Positions 29,608 to 38,709 of a stretch of DNA of 64,000 bases are shown in pieces. The DNA lies in NCBI GenBank assembly GCA_963666835.2, contig CAXXGO010000001.1:1632001-1696000 (forward strand), in the 5' to 3' direction. The notes below the pieces were generated by a model, which did no database searches, was not told the origin of the DNA, and saw only the letters and a program-made list of their open reading frames with translations. Source of the DNA: Phycisphaerae bacterium. GTDB lineage: Bacteria > Planctomycetota > Phycisphaerae > UBA1845. A program made the position numbers and the translations under genes. The first letter of the stretch is position 1; every line of letters begins with the position of its first letter.

Positions 29608-32600
29608 ATGACGGCAGAGTCCGGTCAGTTCTTTATCGATGTCGGGGGTACTTTCACCGACGTTGTTGCCCGAGATCCTGCCGGCCGGTTGTCTACCTAT
29701 AAACTTCTCAGCTCCGGCGTCGTGCGCGGAGTGGTGGGCGGTACGTCGACTGACAATCTGATTCACGATGCCGCGCGCCGCGTGGATCCTCCGTGCTTCT
29801 GGGTGGGTTATCGTCTTTCGCTGCCGACGGACGTCGAGACCTTCACGACGCAGGTCGTGAGTTTCGACGCCAAGCGCGGTCTGCTCGACCTGGATCCGCC
29901 GTTGCCGGCTGCGCCGCGCCCGGGCGACGTTTACGAGCTGTACAGCGACGAGGAAGCCCCGATAGTGGCCATTCGTTACTTGATGGGATTGGGGCTCAGC
30001 GACTCGATCGGCCCGGTCGACGTCCGCCTGGGCACTACCCGAGCAACCAACGCACTGCTCGAGCGCAAAGGGGCGGCAGTGGCGCTCGTTTCCACGAGCG
30101 GGTTCGAGGACATTCTCCGGATTGGCAACCAAGATCGCCCGGACCTGTTCGCTCTGGATATCCGCAAACGTGACGAGCTGGTGACAGCGGTGATCGGGAT
30201 CGACGAGCGCCTGAGTGCGGCGGGGGATGTCGAGCAGTCTCCGAATGGCGATGAGGTCCGGGGCAGCCTTAGGGCCGCGCGGCAATCCGGAATCGATGCC
30301 CTGGCCATCTGTCTGCTGCATGCCCACGTGAATCCGATTCACGAAGACCTGGTGGCGGCGGTTGCGCAAGACGTGGGATTCTCGCAGATCTCGGTCTCTT
30401 CGCGGTTGGCGCGCCTGGAGAGGATCGTTCCACGGGCTGATACCACGGTCGTGGATGCGTACCTCAGCCCGGTGATTCGGCAGTACCTGGCCGCCCTGCG
30501 TGACTCGATACCGGATGCTCGATTGCATCTGATGACCAGCAGCGGCGGCTTAATCGAGGCCGCGGGAGCTTCCGGCAAGGACACAATTCTCAGCGGACCC
30601 GCGGGCGGGGTCGTGGGTTGCGCCCACGTCACCCGGGCGGCCGGGTTCTCCAGGACCATCGGCTTCGATATGGGCGGAACGAGCACGGATGTTTGCCGCA
30701 TAGAACCTCCGCCGGGCGGGTTCGAGTATCAGCATGAGACGGTCAAGGCGGGGGTGCGGATCATGGCCCCGACGCTGGCGGTTGAGACCGTAGCCGCCGG
30801 CGGGGGGAGTATCTGCTCCTTTGACGGTCAAAAGCTTACGGTCGGCCCGCAAAGTGCCGGAGCCGATCCCGGGCCGGCCTGCTATGGACGCGGCGGACCG
30901 CTGACACTCACGGATATGAACGTGTTCCTGGGCCGGATAGTGCCCGATCTGTTTCCGTTTCATCTCGATAAGCAGATTATAGCGAGGCTGCTGGAAGAGC
31001 TGTGCATTCAGGTTAATCGCGGTCGAGCGTCTGCCTTATGCTCAACGGATCTGGCGGAGGGCTTCGTGCGTATCGCGAACACGAACATGGCCGCGGCCAT
31101 CAAGCAGATCTCGATTGCCAAGGGTTACGACGCCCGCGAATACGTGCTGGGGTGCTTCGGCGGGGCGGGTGGACAGCATGCGTGCGGTATTGCCCGAATA
31201 TTGGGTATGCGACGTATCGTCTCGAGCCCCCATGCCGGGGTTCTTAGCGCCCTGGGGATCGGAGTAGCGCCGGTGAAACGGATCGGGCAGCGGAGTGTCG
31301 ACCGGTGTTTGGATGAACATGCCGGGGCGGCCCTGCAGCCAGTGATCGAGGAGCTGACTGATAAGCTGCGTTCGACCTTGTTGGCCGAGGGGAACCGGGA
31401 GCAGGACTTGGCCGAGCCGGTATGCACATGGGATTCGTGCTACGCTGGTCAGGCGACTTTGATTACGGTGCCTGCCGGTGACGCCAACCAGGCACGTATC
31501 GAATTCGAGAACCGGCATCGACAGTTGTATGGCTACACGCACGAGGGACGCCGAATCGAGATACGTATAGTTCGCGTTGAACTTGTCGCGCATAGCGACC
31601 AAGGAAGCGGCCGATGGATCCCGCCGATTTCCACCCGGCCGAGCGCGCGGCGCGTATCAGAGATGGTGCTGGGAGGGCAGCGCCGAACCGTGGACGTACA
31701 CTTACGCGGTGAGTTGTCCGTCGGACGCAGAATTTCCGGCCCTGCGATCATAGTAGAAGACACCAGTACGATTGTCGTTGACCCGGGATGGAACGCCGAG
31801 GTTGGTGACCGCGGCGACATCATCCTGACGGATACGCGGACTACGCCGGTCCGCGAGCATGTGGAGCTTGCCGCGGACCCCATCCAGCTCGAACTGTTCA
31901 GCAACCAGTTCACCGCGGTGGCGGAGCAGATGGGAGCTACCCTGCGCCGCACGGCGCTATCGACCAACGTCAAGGAGCGGCTGGATTTCTCGTGTGCGGT
32001 CTTCACGCCGGCCGGCGATCTGGTGGTGAACGCCCCGCACATTCCGGTGCATCTTGGCGGGATGAGTGACTGCATAAAGTCACTAATCGAAGACGTGCGG
32101 CGTTTCGATCCGGGTGATGTCTACGTGACCAACGATCCGTATCGCGGCGGATCCCATTTGAATGATGTTACGGTGATTACCCCGGTTTACGATGATGATG
32201 GGGCCGAGATTCTGTTCTTCGTCGCCAGCCGAGCCCATCACGCCGAAATCGGTGGCCGTCGGCCGGGGTCTATGCCGCCCGATTCGAAGTGTCTGGCGGA
32301 CGAGGGTGTAGTGATCCGGGTATTCCGCTGGATACGCGCGGGACGACCGCAGACCGAGGCGCTGCGCGCACTACTAAGCGCTTCGCCGTACCCCTCGCGC
32401 ATGGTTGAGGAGAACCTCGCGGACATCGCCGCTCAGGTTGCGGCCAATCATCGCGGGGCGCAGGATCTGCGCGCGCTCGTAGCTCGGTACGGGGTAGCGG
32501 TGGTTCACGCGTACATGCGCCATATACAAAACTCGGCCGAACGGAAGATGCGGGCTGCGCTGAATAGGTTGCCGGGCGGTGTCTCTCGGTTTGAAGATCA

Positions 32601-33438
32601 CCTGGATGATGGAACGCCGATTGTCCTGTCGCTTACGGTAGAAGGGGATCAAGCGGTTCTCGATTTCACCGGTACCGGTCCCGTGTCGCCGGGAAATCTC
32701 AATGCCAACCCGGCTATCGTGACCAGTGCGATACTGTATTGTCTGCGATGCCTATTGGCCGAGGATATTCCGCTTAACCAGGGAGTGCTTGCCCCGATCG
32801 AGATTGTCCTGCCGGAGGGGCTGCTGAATCCGCCGTCGGCGGCGGATCCTCGCAAGTGCCCGGCCATGGCGGCTGGCAACGTCGAGACCTCGCAGCGCGT
32901 CGTCGATGTCGTATTCGGAGCGTTGGGTGTGGTGGCCGCCTCCCAGGGCACGATGAACAACATCCTGATCGGGAATGATCGGTTCGGGTATTACGAGACA
33001 ATCTGTGGTGGGGCGGGGGCGGGGCCGACCTACCCTGGGGCCGATGCCGTGCATACCCACATGACGAATACGCGGCTCACCGATCCGGAAGTGCTGGAAT
33101 CTCGATATCCGCTTCGGCTCCGCCGATTCGCCGTTCGACCCGACTCCGGTGGAACCGGCAGATTCCGCGGGGGAAACGGGGTTATTCGCGAACTCGAGTT
33201 TCTAGAACCCTTGGAACTGTCGATAATCAGTCAACGACGCACCCGGGCGCCGTATGGCCTGTGCGGCGGAGAATCGGGAAGGGCGGGGCGGAACCACTTG
33301 ATACGTTCAGGAGCATCAGTTGGCGCGGATCTGCCCTCGGTAGTCCATGTGAACGTGGATCGCGGCGATAGGCTGATTGTGGAAACGCCCGGAGGAGGCG
33401 GTTACGGAAAGGAGCTTGAGTCGGCCGGAACGGATTGA
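29608..33438 (+). CDS. 5-oxoprolinase / hydantoinase A+B fusion (ATP-hydrolysing)
   Basis: [70 protein letters not shown], then [59 protein letters not shown]. Start set at ATG 29608. Confidence 0.95.
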   Translation: MTAESGQFFIDVGGTFTDVVARDPAGRLSTYKLLSSGVVRGVVGGTSTDNLIHDAARRVDPPCFWVGYRLSLPTDVETFTTQVVSFDAKRGLLDLDPPLPAAPRPGDVYELYSDEEAPIVAIRYLMGLGLSDSIGPVDVRLGTTRATNALLERKGAAVALVSTSGFEDILRIGNQDRPDLFALDIRKRDELVTAVIGIDERLSAAGDVEQSPNGDEVRGSLRAARQSGIDALAICLLHAHVNPIHEDLVAAVAQDVGFSQISVSSRLARLERIVPRADTTVVDAYLSPVIRQYLAALRDSIPDARLHLMTSSGGLIEAAGASGKDTILSGPAGGVVGCAHVTRAAGFSRTIGFDMGGTSTDVCRIEPPPGGFEYQHETVKAGVRIMAPTLAVETVAAGGGSICSFDGQKLTVGPQSAGADPGPACYGRGGPLTLTDMNVFLGRIVPDLFPFHLDKQIIARLLEELCIQVNRGRASALCSTDLAEGFVRIANTNMAAAIKQISIAKGYDAREYVLGCFGGAGGQHACGIARILGMRRIVSSPHAGVLSALGIGVAPVKRIGQRSVDRCLDEHAGAALQPVIEELTDKLRSTLLAEGNREQDLAEPVCTWDSCYAGQATLITVPAGDANQARIEFENRHRQLYGYTHEGRRIEIRIVRVELVAHSDQGSGRWIPPISTRPSARRVSEMVLGGQRRTVDVHLRGELSVGRRISGPAIIVEDTSTIVVDPGWNAEVGDRGDIILTDTRTTPVREHVELAADPIQLELFSNQFTAVAEQMGATLRRTALSTNVKERLDFSCAVFTPAGDLVVNAPHIPVHLGGMSDCIKSLIEDVRRFDPGDVYVTNDPYRGGSHLNDVTVITPVYDDDGAEILFFVASRAHHAEIGGRRPGSMPPDSKCLADEGVVIRVFRWIRAGRPQTEALRALLSASPYPSRMVEENLADIAAQVAANHRGAQDLRALVARYGVAVVHAYMRHIQNSAERKMRAALNRLPGGVSRFEDHLDDGTPIVLSLTVEGDQAVLDFTGTGPVSPGNLNANPAIVTSAILYCLRCLLAEDIPLNQGVLAPIEIVLPEGLLNPPSAADPRKCPAMAAGNVETSQRVVDVVFGALGVVAASQGTMNNILIGNDRFGYYETICGGAGAGPTYPGADAVHTHMTNTRLTDPEVLESRYPLRLRRFAVRPDSGGTGRFRGGNGVIRELEFLEPLELSIISQRRTRAPYGLCGGESGRAGRNHLIRSGASVGADLPSVVHVNVDRGDRLIVETPGGGGYGKELESAGTD

Positions 33439-33484
33439 ACATCTGCCAACGCGGTCTGTAGTTCAACGGTGGTCGTCAGACGAT

Positions 33485-35260
33485 ATGAACCCACGCATCG
33501 CCTCAATCGAGAATCTAATCGCTCGTGATCCGGGTCGTCGAAACGTGTTCGGGCTTGTCGTCGCCGACCAGCTCCGCCTAGCCGCCCAGTCGCTCAGATT
33601 GGCCAAGCGGGTCGGGATCGTCAGCGGCTTCTACGTTCCCGGGGCGAAAGCCGGCGAAACCGATGGGCCGCCCGGGGCTAAGGTGATCGGTGCCGCCCTG
33701 GAGAAACTCGGCGCTAAGGTAGATTACATCACGGACCATTGGAACGCGCCGGTGTTTCGCGGGTTGGGGTTGGATCCGATTGTTGACCCGGGAGATTATC
33801 TCGATACCGCTGCTCCGACTCACCTTCTGGCGGTCGAACGGGTTGGACGTGGGCCCGATGGACGGTACCGCAACATGCGCGGTATTGACATAACGTCCAC
33901 AACCGCGCCGTTGGACGGGCTCTTCCTTGAAGCTTCTCGGCGGGGACTGACCACTATCGGAGTGGGCGACGGCGGAAACGAGATCGGGATGGGGAAGGTG
34001 TTCGTAGCTATCCTCGATACGGCGGACCCCACCATGCCCATCGAACGCGGCGCTGAGATCGCTACGGCCGTGACCACCGATTTTTGCGTCGTGGCCGGTG
34101 TCTCCAATTGGGGGGCGTATGGGCTGACCGGGGCGTTGTCGGTTCTGGAGGGGCGGGATCTGCTGCCGTCGGCGGAAGAGGTGGCTCGTGACGTCGAGCT
34201 GGCAGTGAGTGAAGGAGGGGCGGTAGACGGTGTGACGTGCCGGCGAGAACCAACTGTTGATGGGTTGGGTTTGTCTCACAGTCTGCGGATGTTGGAAAAC
34301 ATCCGTCGTCAGATTGCTCCTTCTCCGCTCGCGCGGGGTGCGAAACTTCGCGCCGGCATCCTGGGGTACGGGGTAACCGGGCGGGCGGCGGCTGCTCTGC
34401 TTGCGCTCCGCGGACATGATGTGTGCGTGTCGGATGAGCAGCCGGTGACGTTGGAATCCGGGACCGTCGTGGCGGGGGTGGAGACCGGCGGGCACACGGC
34501 TGACTTTTTGGGGCAATGCGATCTGGTGGTGGCGAGCCCCGGGGTGCGAGCGGATGCGCCGATCCGCAATGCTCTCCACCGCCGGGGCGTTCCGGTCTTG
34601 AGCGAGTTGGAGCTGGCCTACCAGTTGTGCGATCGCCCGTTGATCGGGGTCACCGGCACGGTCGGTAAGCGGACGACCGTTGAGTTGCTGCAAAAGCTCT
34701 ACCGTTCGGCGGGGCGCTCCTTGACCATCGGGGGGAATCGGGGCCGACCACTGTCTGCTCTCCTGGCCGAGTCCGAAAGAGACTCCGCGGACAAGGCAGG
34801 GGACGATCCGATTGCGGTGGCCGTATCGAGTTTCCAGCTTGAAACCGTGGTGCATTTCAACCCGCACGTGGCCGTGTTCCTCAACATCGATGAGGCCCAC
34901 CAGGACCGGCACGAGTCCATGGCGGAATACGTGCGGATCAAAAGCCGCGTGTTCATGAATCACCAGCCCAATGACGTGCTGATCTTGAACTTCGATGATG
35001 AACGGATTCGCCCGCTGGCCCGCAAGCATCAGGGGAGGACGTTCTTCGTGTCGAGCAGGCAATCCGTCGACCGCGGGGCGTGGCTGGATGATGGCACTGT
35101 GTTGTTGAACATCGGTGGGGCAACGGAGGAAATCGGGTTTGCCCGCCCGCGCTTTGCGGAGGATCTGCTGTCTGCGGTTCTGGCCGCCCGGCTCAGCGGT
35201 ATGTCTCGCGACACTCTGGCCGAAGCGCTCCGGCGTCTTGCAGCGACGGAGGTGGAGTAG
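33485..35260 (+). CDS. DUF4392 (D-glutamate cyclase C-terminal-type domain) fused to a truncated MurD-like domain
   Basis: ETDGPPGA, ERVGR..DG.YRNMRG.DI, GVGDGGNEIGMG, GVSNWGAYGL (DUF4392); from about 34340 GYGVTG, VVASPGV, SELELA, GVTGTVGKRTT, GGNRG, SSFQLE, HQDRH (Mur ligase N and central domains). No C-terminal domain. Confidence 0.88.
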   Translation: MNPRIASIENLIARDPGRRNVFGLVVADQLRLAAQSLRLAKRVGIVSGFYVPGAKAGETDGPPGAKVIGAALEKLGAKVDYITDHWNAPVFRGLGLDPIVDPGDYLDTAAPTHLLAVERVGRGPDGRYRNMRGIDITSTTAPLDGLFLEASRRGLTTIGVGDGGNEIGMGKVFVAILDTADPTMPIERGAEIATAVTTDFCVVAGVSNWGAYGLTGALSVLEGRDLLPSAEEVARDVELAVSEGGAVDGVTCRREPTVDGLGLSHSLRMLENIRRQIAPSPLARGAKLRAGILGYGVTGRAAAALLALRGHDVCVSDEQPVTLESGTVVAGVETGGHTADFLGQCDLVVASPGVRADAPIRNALHRRGVPVLSELELAYQLCDRPLIGVTGTVGKRTTVELLQKLYRSAGRSLTIGGNRGRPLSALLAESERDSADKAGDDPIAVAVSSFQLETVVHFNPHVAVFLNIDEAHQDRHESMAEYVRIKSRVFMNHQPNDVLILNFDDERIRPLARKHQGRTFFVSSRQSVDRGAWLDDGTVLLNIGGATEEIGFARPRFAEDLLSAVLAARLSGMSRDTLAEALRRLAATEVE

Positions 35261-36045
35261 TGGATCCTGTTGATTACCGAAGCCTGACCGGTGCGGAGAT
35301 TCGCGCATTGTGCCGAGACGGCAAGTTCGATGGTCCCACCGCCGGCGTTGCCGCGGGTTTCGCCCAGGCCAACCTGATAATCCTCCCCGCCACGGATGCG
35401 CAGAGCTTCGCGGAGTTCTGTCGACTCAATCCCGCGCCGTGCCCGGTACTGGAGGTGACCGAGCCGGGCGACTTCGAGCCGCGGGTATTGGCGCCGGGGG
35501 CGGATCTGCGAACTGATTTGCCGCGCTATCGGGTGTACCGCGATGGCGTGTGCGTTGATGCCCCGACCTCGATTACGCCGCATTGGACTGACAATCTGGT
35601 GTCATTTTTGCTAGGCTGCTCGTTTGGTTTCGAGTCCGCGTTGATGGCATCCGGGGTGCCGGTTCGCCATGTGGAAGAGGGGCGAAACGTCCCAATGTAC
35701 CGGACGAGTATCGCCTGCCGACCGGCCGGGCTGTTCGAGGGTCCGCTTGTAGTGTCGATGCGTCCGATGACCGAGGAGCAGGCCGACCAGGCCGTTCGGG
35801 TGACCGCACCGTTGCCGCAGATGCACGGTGCTCCGGTGCGGATCGGGGCCGCGGAGGAACTGGGAATCGCCGATCTGGATCATCCGGACTACGGAGACGC
35901 GGTGACGATTCGCCCGGGCGAAGTCCCGGTCTTCTGGGCGTGCGGGGTTACTCCGATCGAAGCTCTGATCAGGGCCAAGCTGCACTTCGCGATCACGCAT
36001 GAGCCGGGTCACATGTTCGTCACTGACATACGCGCCGGCGCGTAA
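35260..36045 (+). CDS. DUF1445 / YcsI-family putative hydro-lyase (D-glutamate cyclase N-terminal-type domain)
   Basis: TAGVAAGFAQANL, FCRLNPAPCPVL, DLRTDLPRY, GCSFGFE, NVPMYRT, VVSMRP, HGAPV, PVFWACGVTP, ITHEPGHMFVTD. GTG overlaps the upstream TAG. Confidence 0.93.
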   Translation: MDPVDYRSLTGAEIRALCRDGKFDGPTAGVAAGFAQANLIILPATDAQSFAEFCRLNPAPCPVLEVTEPGDFEPRVLAPGADLRTDLPRYRVYRDGVCVDAPTSITPHWTDNLVSFLLGCSFGFESALMASGVPVRHVEEGRNVPMYRTSIACRPAGLFEGPLVVSMRPMTEEQADQAVRVTAPLPQMHGAPVRIGAAEELGIADLDHPDYGDAVTIRPGEVPVFWACGVTPIEALIRAKLHFAITHEPGHMFVTDIRAGA

Positions 36046-36296
36046 CGCAGGTCGGGTGCCCCATCCTTCGCCCTTCGCCATCTCGCGGTGGACAGAAGGC
36101 CCTGTATACAGATGCCGTCACGGCATACGCACTACGTCCCAGGCGAAGGGTGGGGAATCGATTGCACGAGTGCATCTCGAACTCCCATTCGTCCCCCACC
36201 CATTCCGGCGGTGAATCGGTACGACTATCCGAGCCCGACAAGCGCCGGAATGAATGGCGCACCCACGCAGACTGCAGGCTGGAAGCCTGCGTTACG
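36041..36296. repeat. Nested REP-like palindromic elements between convergent genes
   Basis: CGTAACGCAGG at 36041 and GCAGGCTGGAAGCCTGCGTTACG at 36274-36296 enclose an inverted pair GGGTGCCCCATCCTTCGCC..GGCGAAGGGTGGG and CCCACCCATTCCGGCG..CGCCGGAATGAATGGCGCACCC. Confidence 0.75.
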
Positions 36297-36780
36297 CGCT
36301 GTCACTGCTCCCCTGCTTGGAAGGCGGAACCGGATAGCTTTGCCAGATGACCTGGACGATCATCCACTTGCCGTCGTACTTGGCGAGGTGCAGATAATCT
36401 ATGCCCCATCCCGCGGTGAGCTTGGCCGCGGCCGTCTTGTCCAACACGTCGAACACTTCGACGGTCTTCGGAGCGTCCTTCCCGAATCTCCCGTCCTTGT
36501 TCCACCCTTCCGCCAGTTTCAGAAGCTGCGGGAATCCGCTGGGGATCTTGCGATACTCTTGGTCGGCTGACGTACGATGGAATCCGAACTTGGCCAACTC
36601 GGGATGCAGACTGCGCTTGAGTAGCTCCGGCTTCATCTCGTAGAAAGCCTCACAGTAGTCGAGTACCGCCCGCTCCACGGCTTCGCGGTCGTTTGTGGAC
36701 GACTTGTCGGTGCCGAGAGCGACGGTCACAGCCGTCGCGAGCACCACGCAGCCTGCCAGCACGCCCAGGAATCTTGCCAT
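36292..36780 (-). CDS. Secreted NTF2-like (putative lumazine-binding family) protein
   Basis: Signal peptide; AVERAVLDYCEAFYE...LHPELAK...KTAAAKL...GIDYLHLAKYDGKWMIVQVIW. Confidence 0.8.
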   Translation of the reverse strand: MARFLGVLAGCVVLATAVTVALGTDKSSTNDREAVERAVLDYCEAFYEMKPELLKRSLHPELAKFGFHRTSADQEYRKIPSGFPQLLKLAEGWNKDGRFGKDAPKTVEVFDVLDKTAAAKLTAGWGIDYLHLAKYDGKWMIVQVIWQSYPVPPSKQGSSDSA

Positions 36781-36820
36781 ATCAGGTTCCCCTCACTTTG
36801 AAGTCCTTCCCGAATCCGGC

Positions 36821-37447
36821 TCAACGGTCCGCCTGGCGCTCTGAATCCGACTGCGTCCGCCGGTCATTCACTTGCTGGATAAACCGCTCGAGATCCTCAT
36901 CTCGTGGAAACAGCTTGAACACGCTCCCGAGTTCAAGCGTCTTTGCCTTGCCCCGCAGCTTCAGCGCGACGATTCGGCACTTCCGATCCGGTTTGACGCA
37001 GGCGTCGGCAATATCGTGCCACGCGATAAGTTCATCGTTGCGCCCCGCCATTCTTATGAACAGCCCATCGCCGGTCACCGCGGCAAACTGCCCGCGCCGA
37101 TACAGCCGAACCACGAAGAAGACGCCTGCGACGACCATTACCACCCAGAAAATACCGGCAACGACGGCCAATACATCCCATCCCCCCAGTGGTCCCGTGC
37201 CACCGAGATTGCCGAGCCCCTTCAGGCTGACCCAGCCGCTGCCGTATAGGATTCCGAATACTCCGAAGATCACCTTCGGGTTGTGGACCCGATAAAGCTC
37301 GCACTCCTCGTCGAAGCGAAGACCGCACTCCGGACATGCGTGGTTCTCCGGTAGTCCCCGAAGCCGGTAGCTGCAACGCACGCACCGCTGGAAGGCCGGG
37401 TGTGTCTTGCTTCTTAGTGGTTCTCCGGTTGAAGGGGCGTCAGTCAT
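36821..37447 (-). CDS. Zinc-ribbon membrane protein (2 TM, possible bacterial PH-like C-terminus)
   Basis: CVRCSYRLRGLPENHACPECG followed by two hydrophobic helices; start set at ATG 37447. Confidence 0.7.
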   Translation of the reverse strand: MTDAPSTGEPLRSKTHPAFQRCVRCSYRLRGLPENHACPECGLRFDEECELYRVHNPKVIFGVFGILYGSGWVSLKGLGNLGGTGPLGGWDVLAVVAGIFWVVMVVAGVFFVVRLYRRGQFAAVTGDGLFIRMAGRNDELIAWHDIADACVKPDRKCRIVALKLRGKAKTLELGSVFKLFPRDEDLERFIQQVNDRRTQSDSERQADR

Positions 37448-37556
37448 ATCGATCCAATTGCCGGTAAAGGCCCTACGAGGCCGGTGGTTGCCTCGGCCGC
37501 AGCATAATCGAATCGAGGCCCGGGGTGGAAGTCTGCGAGTTTGAACTTGTGCGATT

Positions 37557-38576
37557 TTGTCGTTTTTGCCGATCCGGCTACCGGGTAGAGTATCATGCCA
37601 GTTTGACCTGTTGTTTCGGCTATGGGGTGATTGCTTGGGGGTCAGCACGGACAGCGTAAAGAGGGGGGGATCCGCCGCCGGCGCGCAAACCGCCGCGGAA
37701 GCGGTGGAGGGGGGCGTTGCCAGCTCGGGGTCCGGTTTTGCCGTTCCCGACGAGGTCTCCGGATTCCCGCCCGAGCACCTGCTTTGCCCGTCTTGCCGTT
37801 ACGGGGTCTACGGGCTCCCGCAGAATCGCTGCCCCGAATGTGGGGAGCGCTTCGCGTGGTCGCAGGTCCGGTCGATTGCCCTGACCATGCGAGGTCGCAC
37901 GTTCGAGAGCCGGTGGCGCCACGATCCGATTAAGGCCCTCTGGCAGACCTGGTGCTTGGCGGCCTTTCAACCGCGCAAGCTCTGGAGTGTCTATGACCGC
38001 GACGAGGCGACGTGCGTCTGGCCTTTGCTGCTATTCCTTCTGTTGCAGTGGCTCCTGTTCGCCCAAGCATGGCCTACCCTGGCCTTCGTGGTCGATCCGC
38101 TGATGAATCGCTTGGCGGAAGAGGTCGCCGGTCCGGGAGTTCGGGCCCAGCGATTCGTCTACGGATTTCGGCCCGGCTCCGGCTTTTTGACGCACCTGGG
38201 CGTCTGGTATGTAGCGACGTTCGCGGCTCTGCAGGTCTTCTTTCAGTCAAAAAAACGTTATGGAATACGTTGGACGCACATTCTGCGAGTTTTCGTTCAT
38301 GCCACGGCGTTAGCGTCGTTTGCCACCGCGGTTTGGTTCATGCTGGAATGGCTGGTTGACCTGAGCTTGTTGGTTCGGCCCACCCGGGTTTCGATCATGC
38401 TCTATAACCGGATCGGCCAGGCGGTTTTCTGGCTGGGGCTTATGATGACTTGGGCGTATCTCTGGCTGGGTTGGCGTCGGCATCTGAAGATCCCGCACGG
38501 CTGGGCGGTGGCAACCGTGGCCCTTCTCATTGGCTTTCTGGTTGTCTTGGTCGCTCGGGACTTGCGCCTACTCTAA
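37557..38576 (+). CDS. Zinc-ribbon multi-pass membrane protein
   Basis: CPSCRYGVYGLPQNRCPECG then about five TM helices; start codon uncertain (likely downstream of 37557). Confidence 0.7.
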   Translation: MSFLPIRLPGRVSCQFDLLFRLWGDCLGVSTDSVKRGGSAAGAQTAAEAVEGGVASSGSGFAVPDEVSGFPPEHLLCPSCRYGVYGLPQNRCPECGERFAWSQVRSIALTMRGRTFESRWRHDPIKALWQTWCLAAFQPRKLWSVYDRDEATCVWPLLLFLLLQWLLFAQAWPTLAFVVDPLMNRLAEEVAGPGVRAQRFVYGFRPGSGFLTHLGVWYVATFAALQVFFQSKKRYGIRWTHILRVFVHATALASFATAVWFMLEWLVDLSLLVRPTRVSIMLYNRIGQAVFWLGLMMTWAYLWLGWRRHLKIPHGWAVATVALLIGFLVVLVARDLRLL

Positions 38577-38709
38577 CCGGAGCCGCGGTGACCCGGATTC
38601 AAGTTGTCAATCATTATCTTTGCCCTTACCGTTAGCCCGGTGAGTCGGTCGCGGGCCGACGCTAGACGAATACCTCACACGCCCGCTTGGTGGACTGGAG
38701 AGAACGCCC

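Noticed and set aside
33578..35308. Long antisense ORFs (also 29248-30528, 39340-40635, 25953-27083, 19185-20318)
   Set aside because: Shadows of well-supported genes in high-GC DNA; no motifs.
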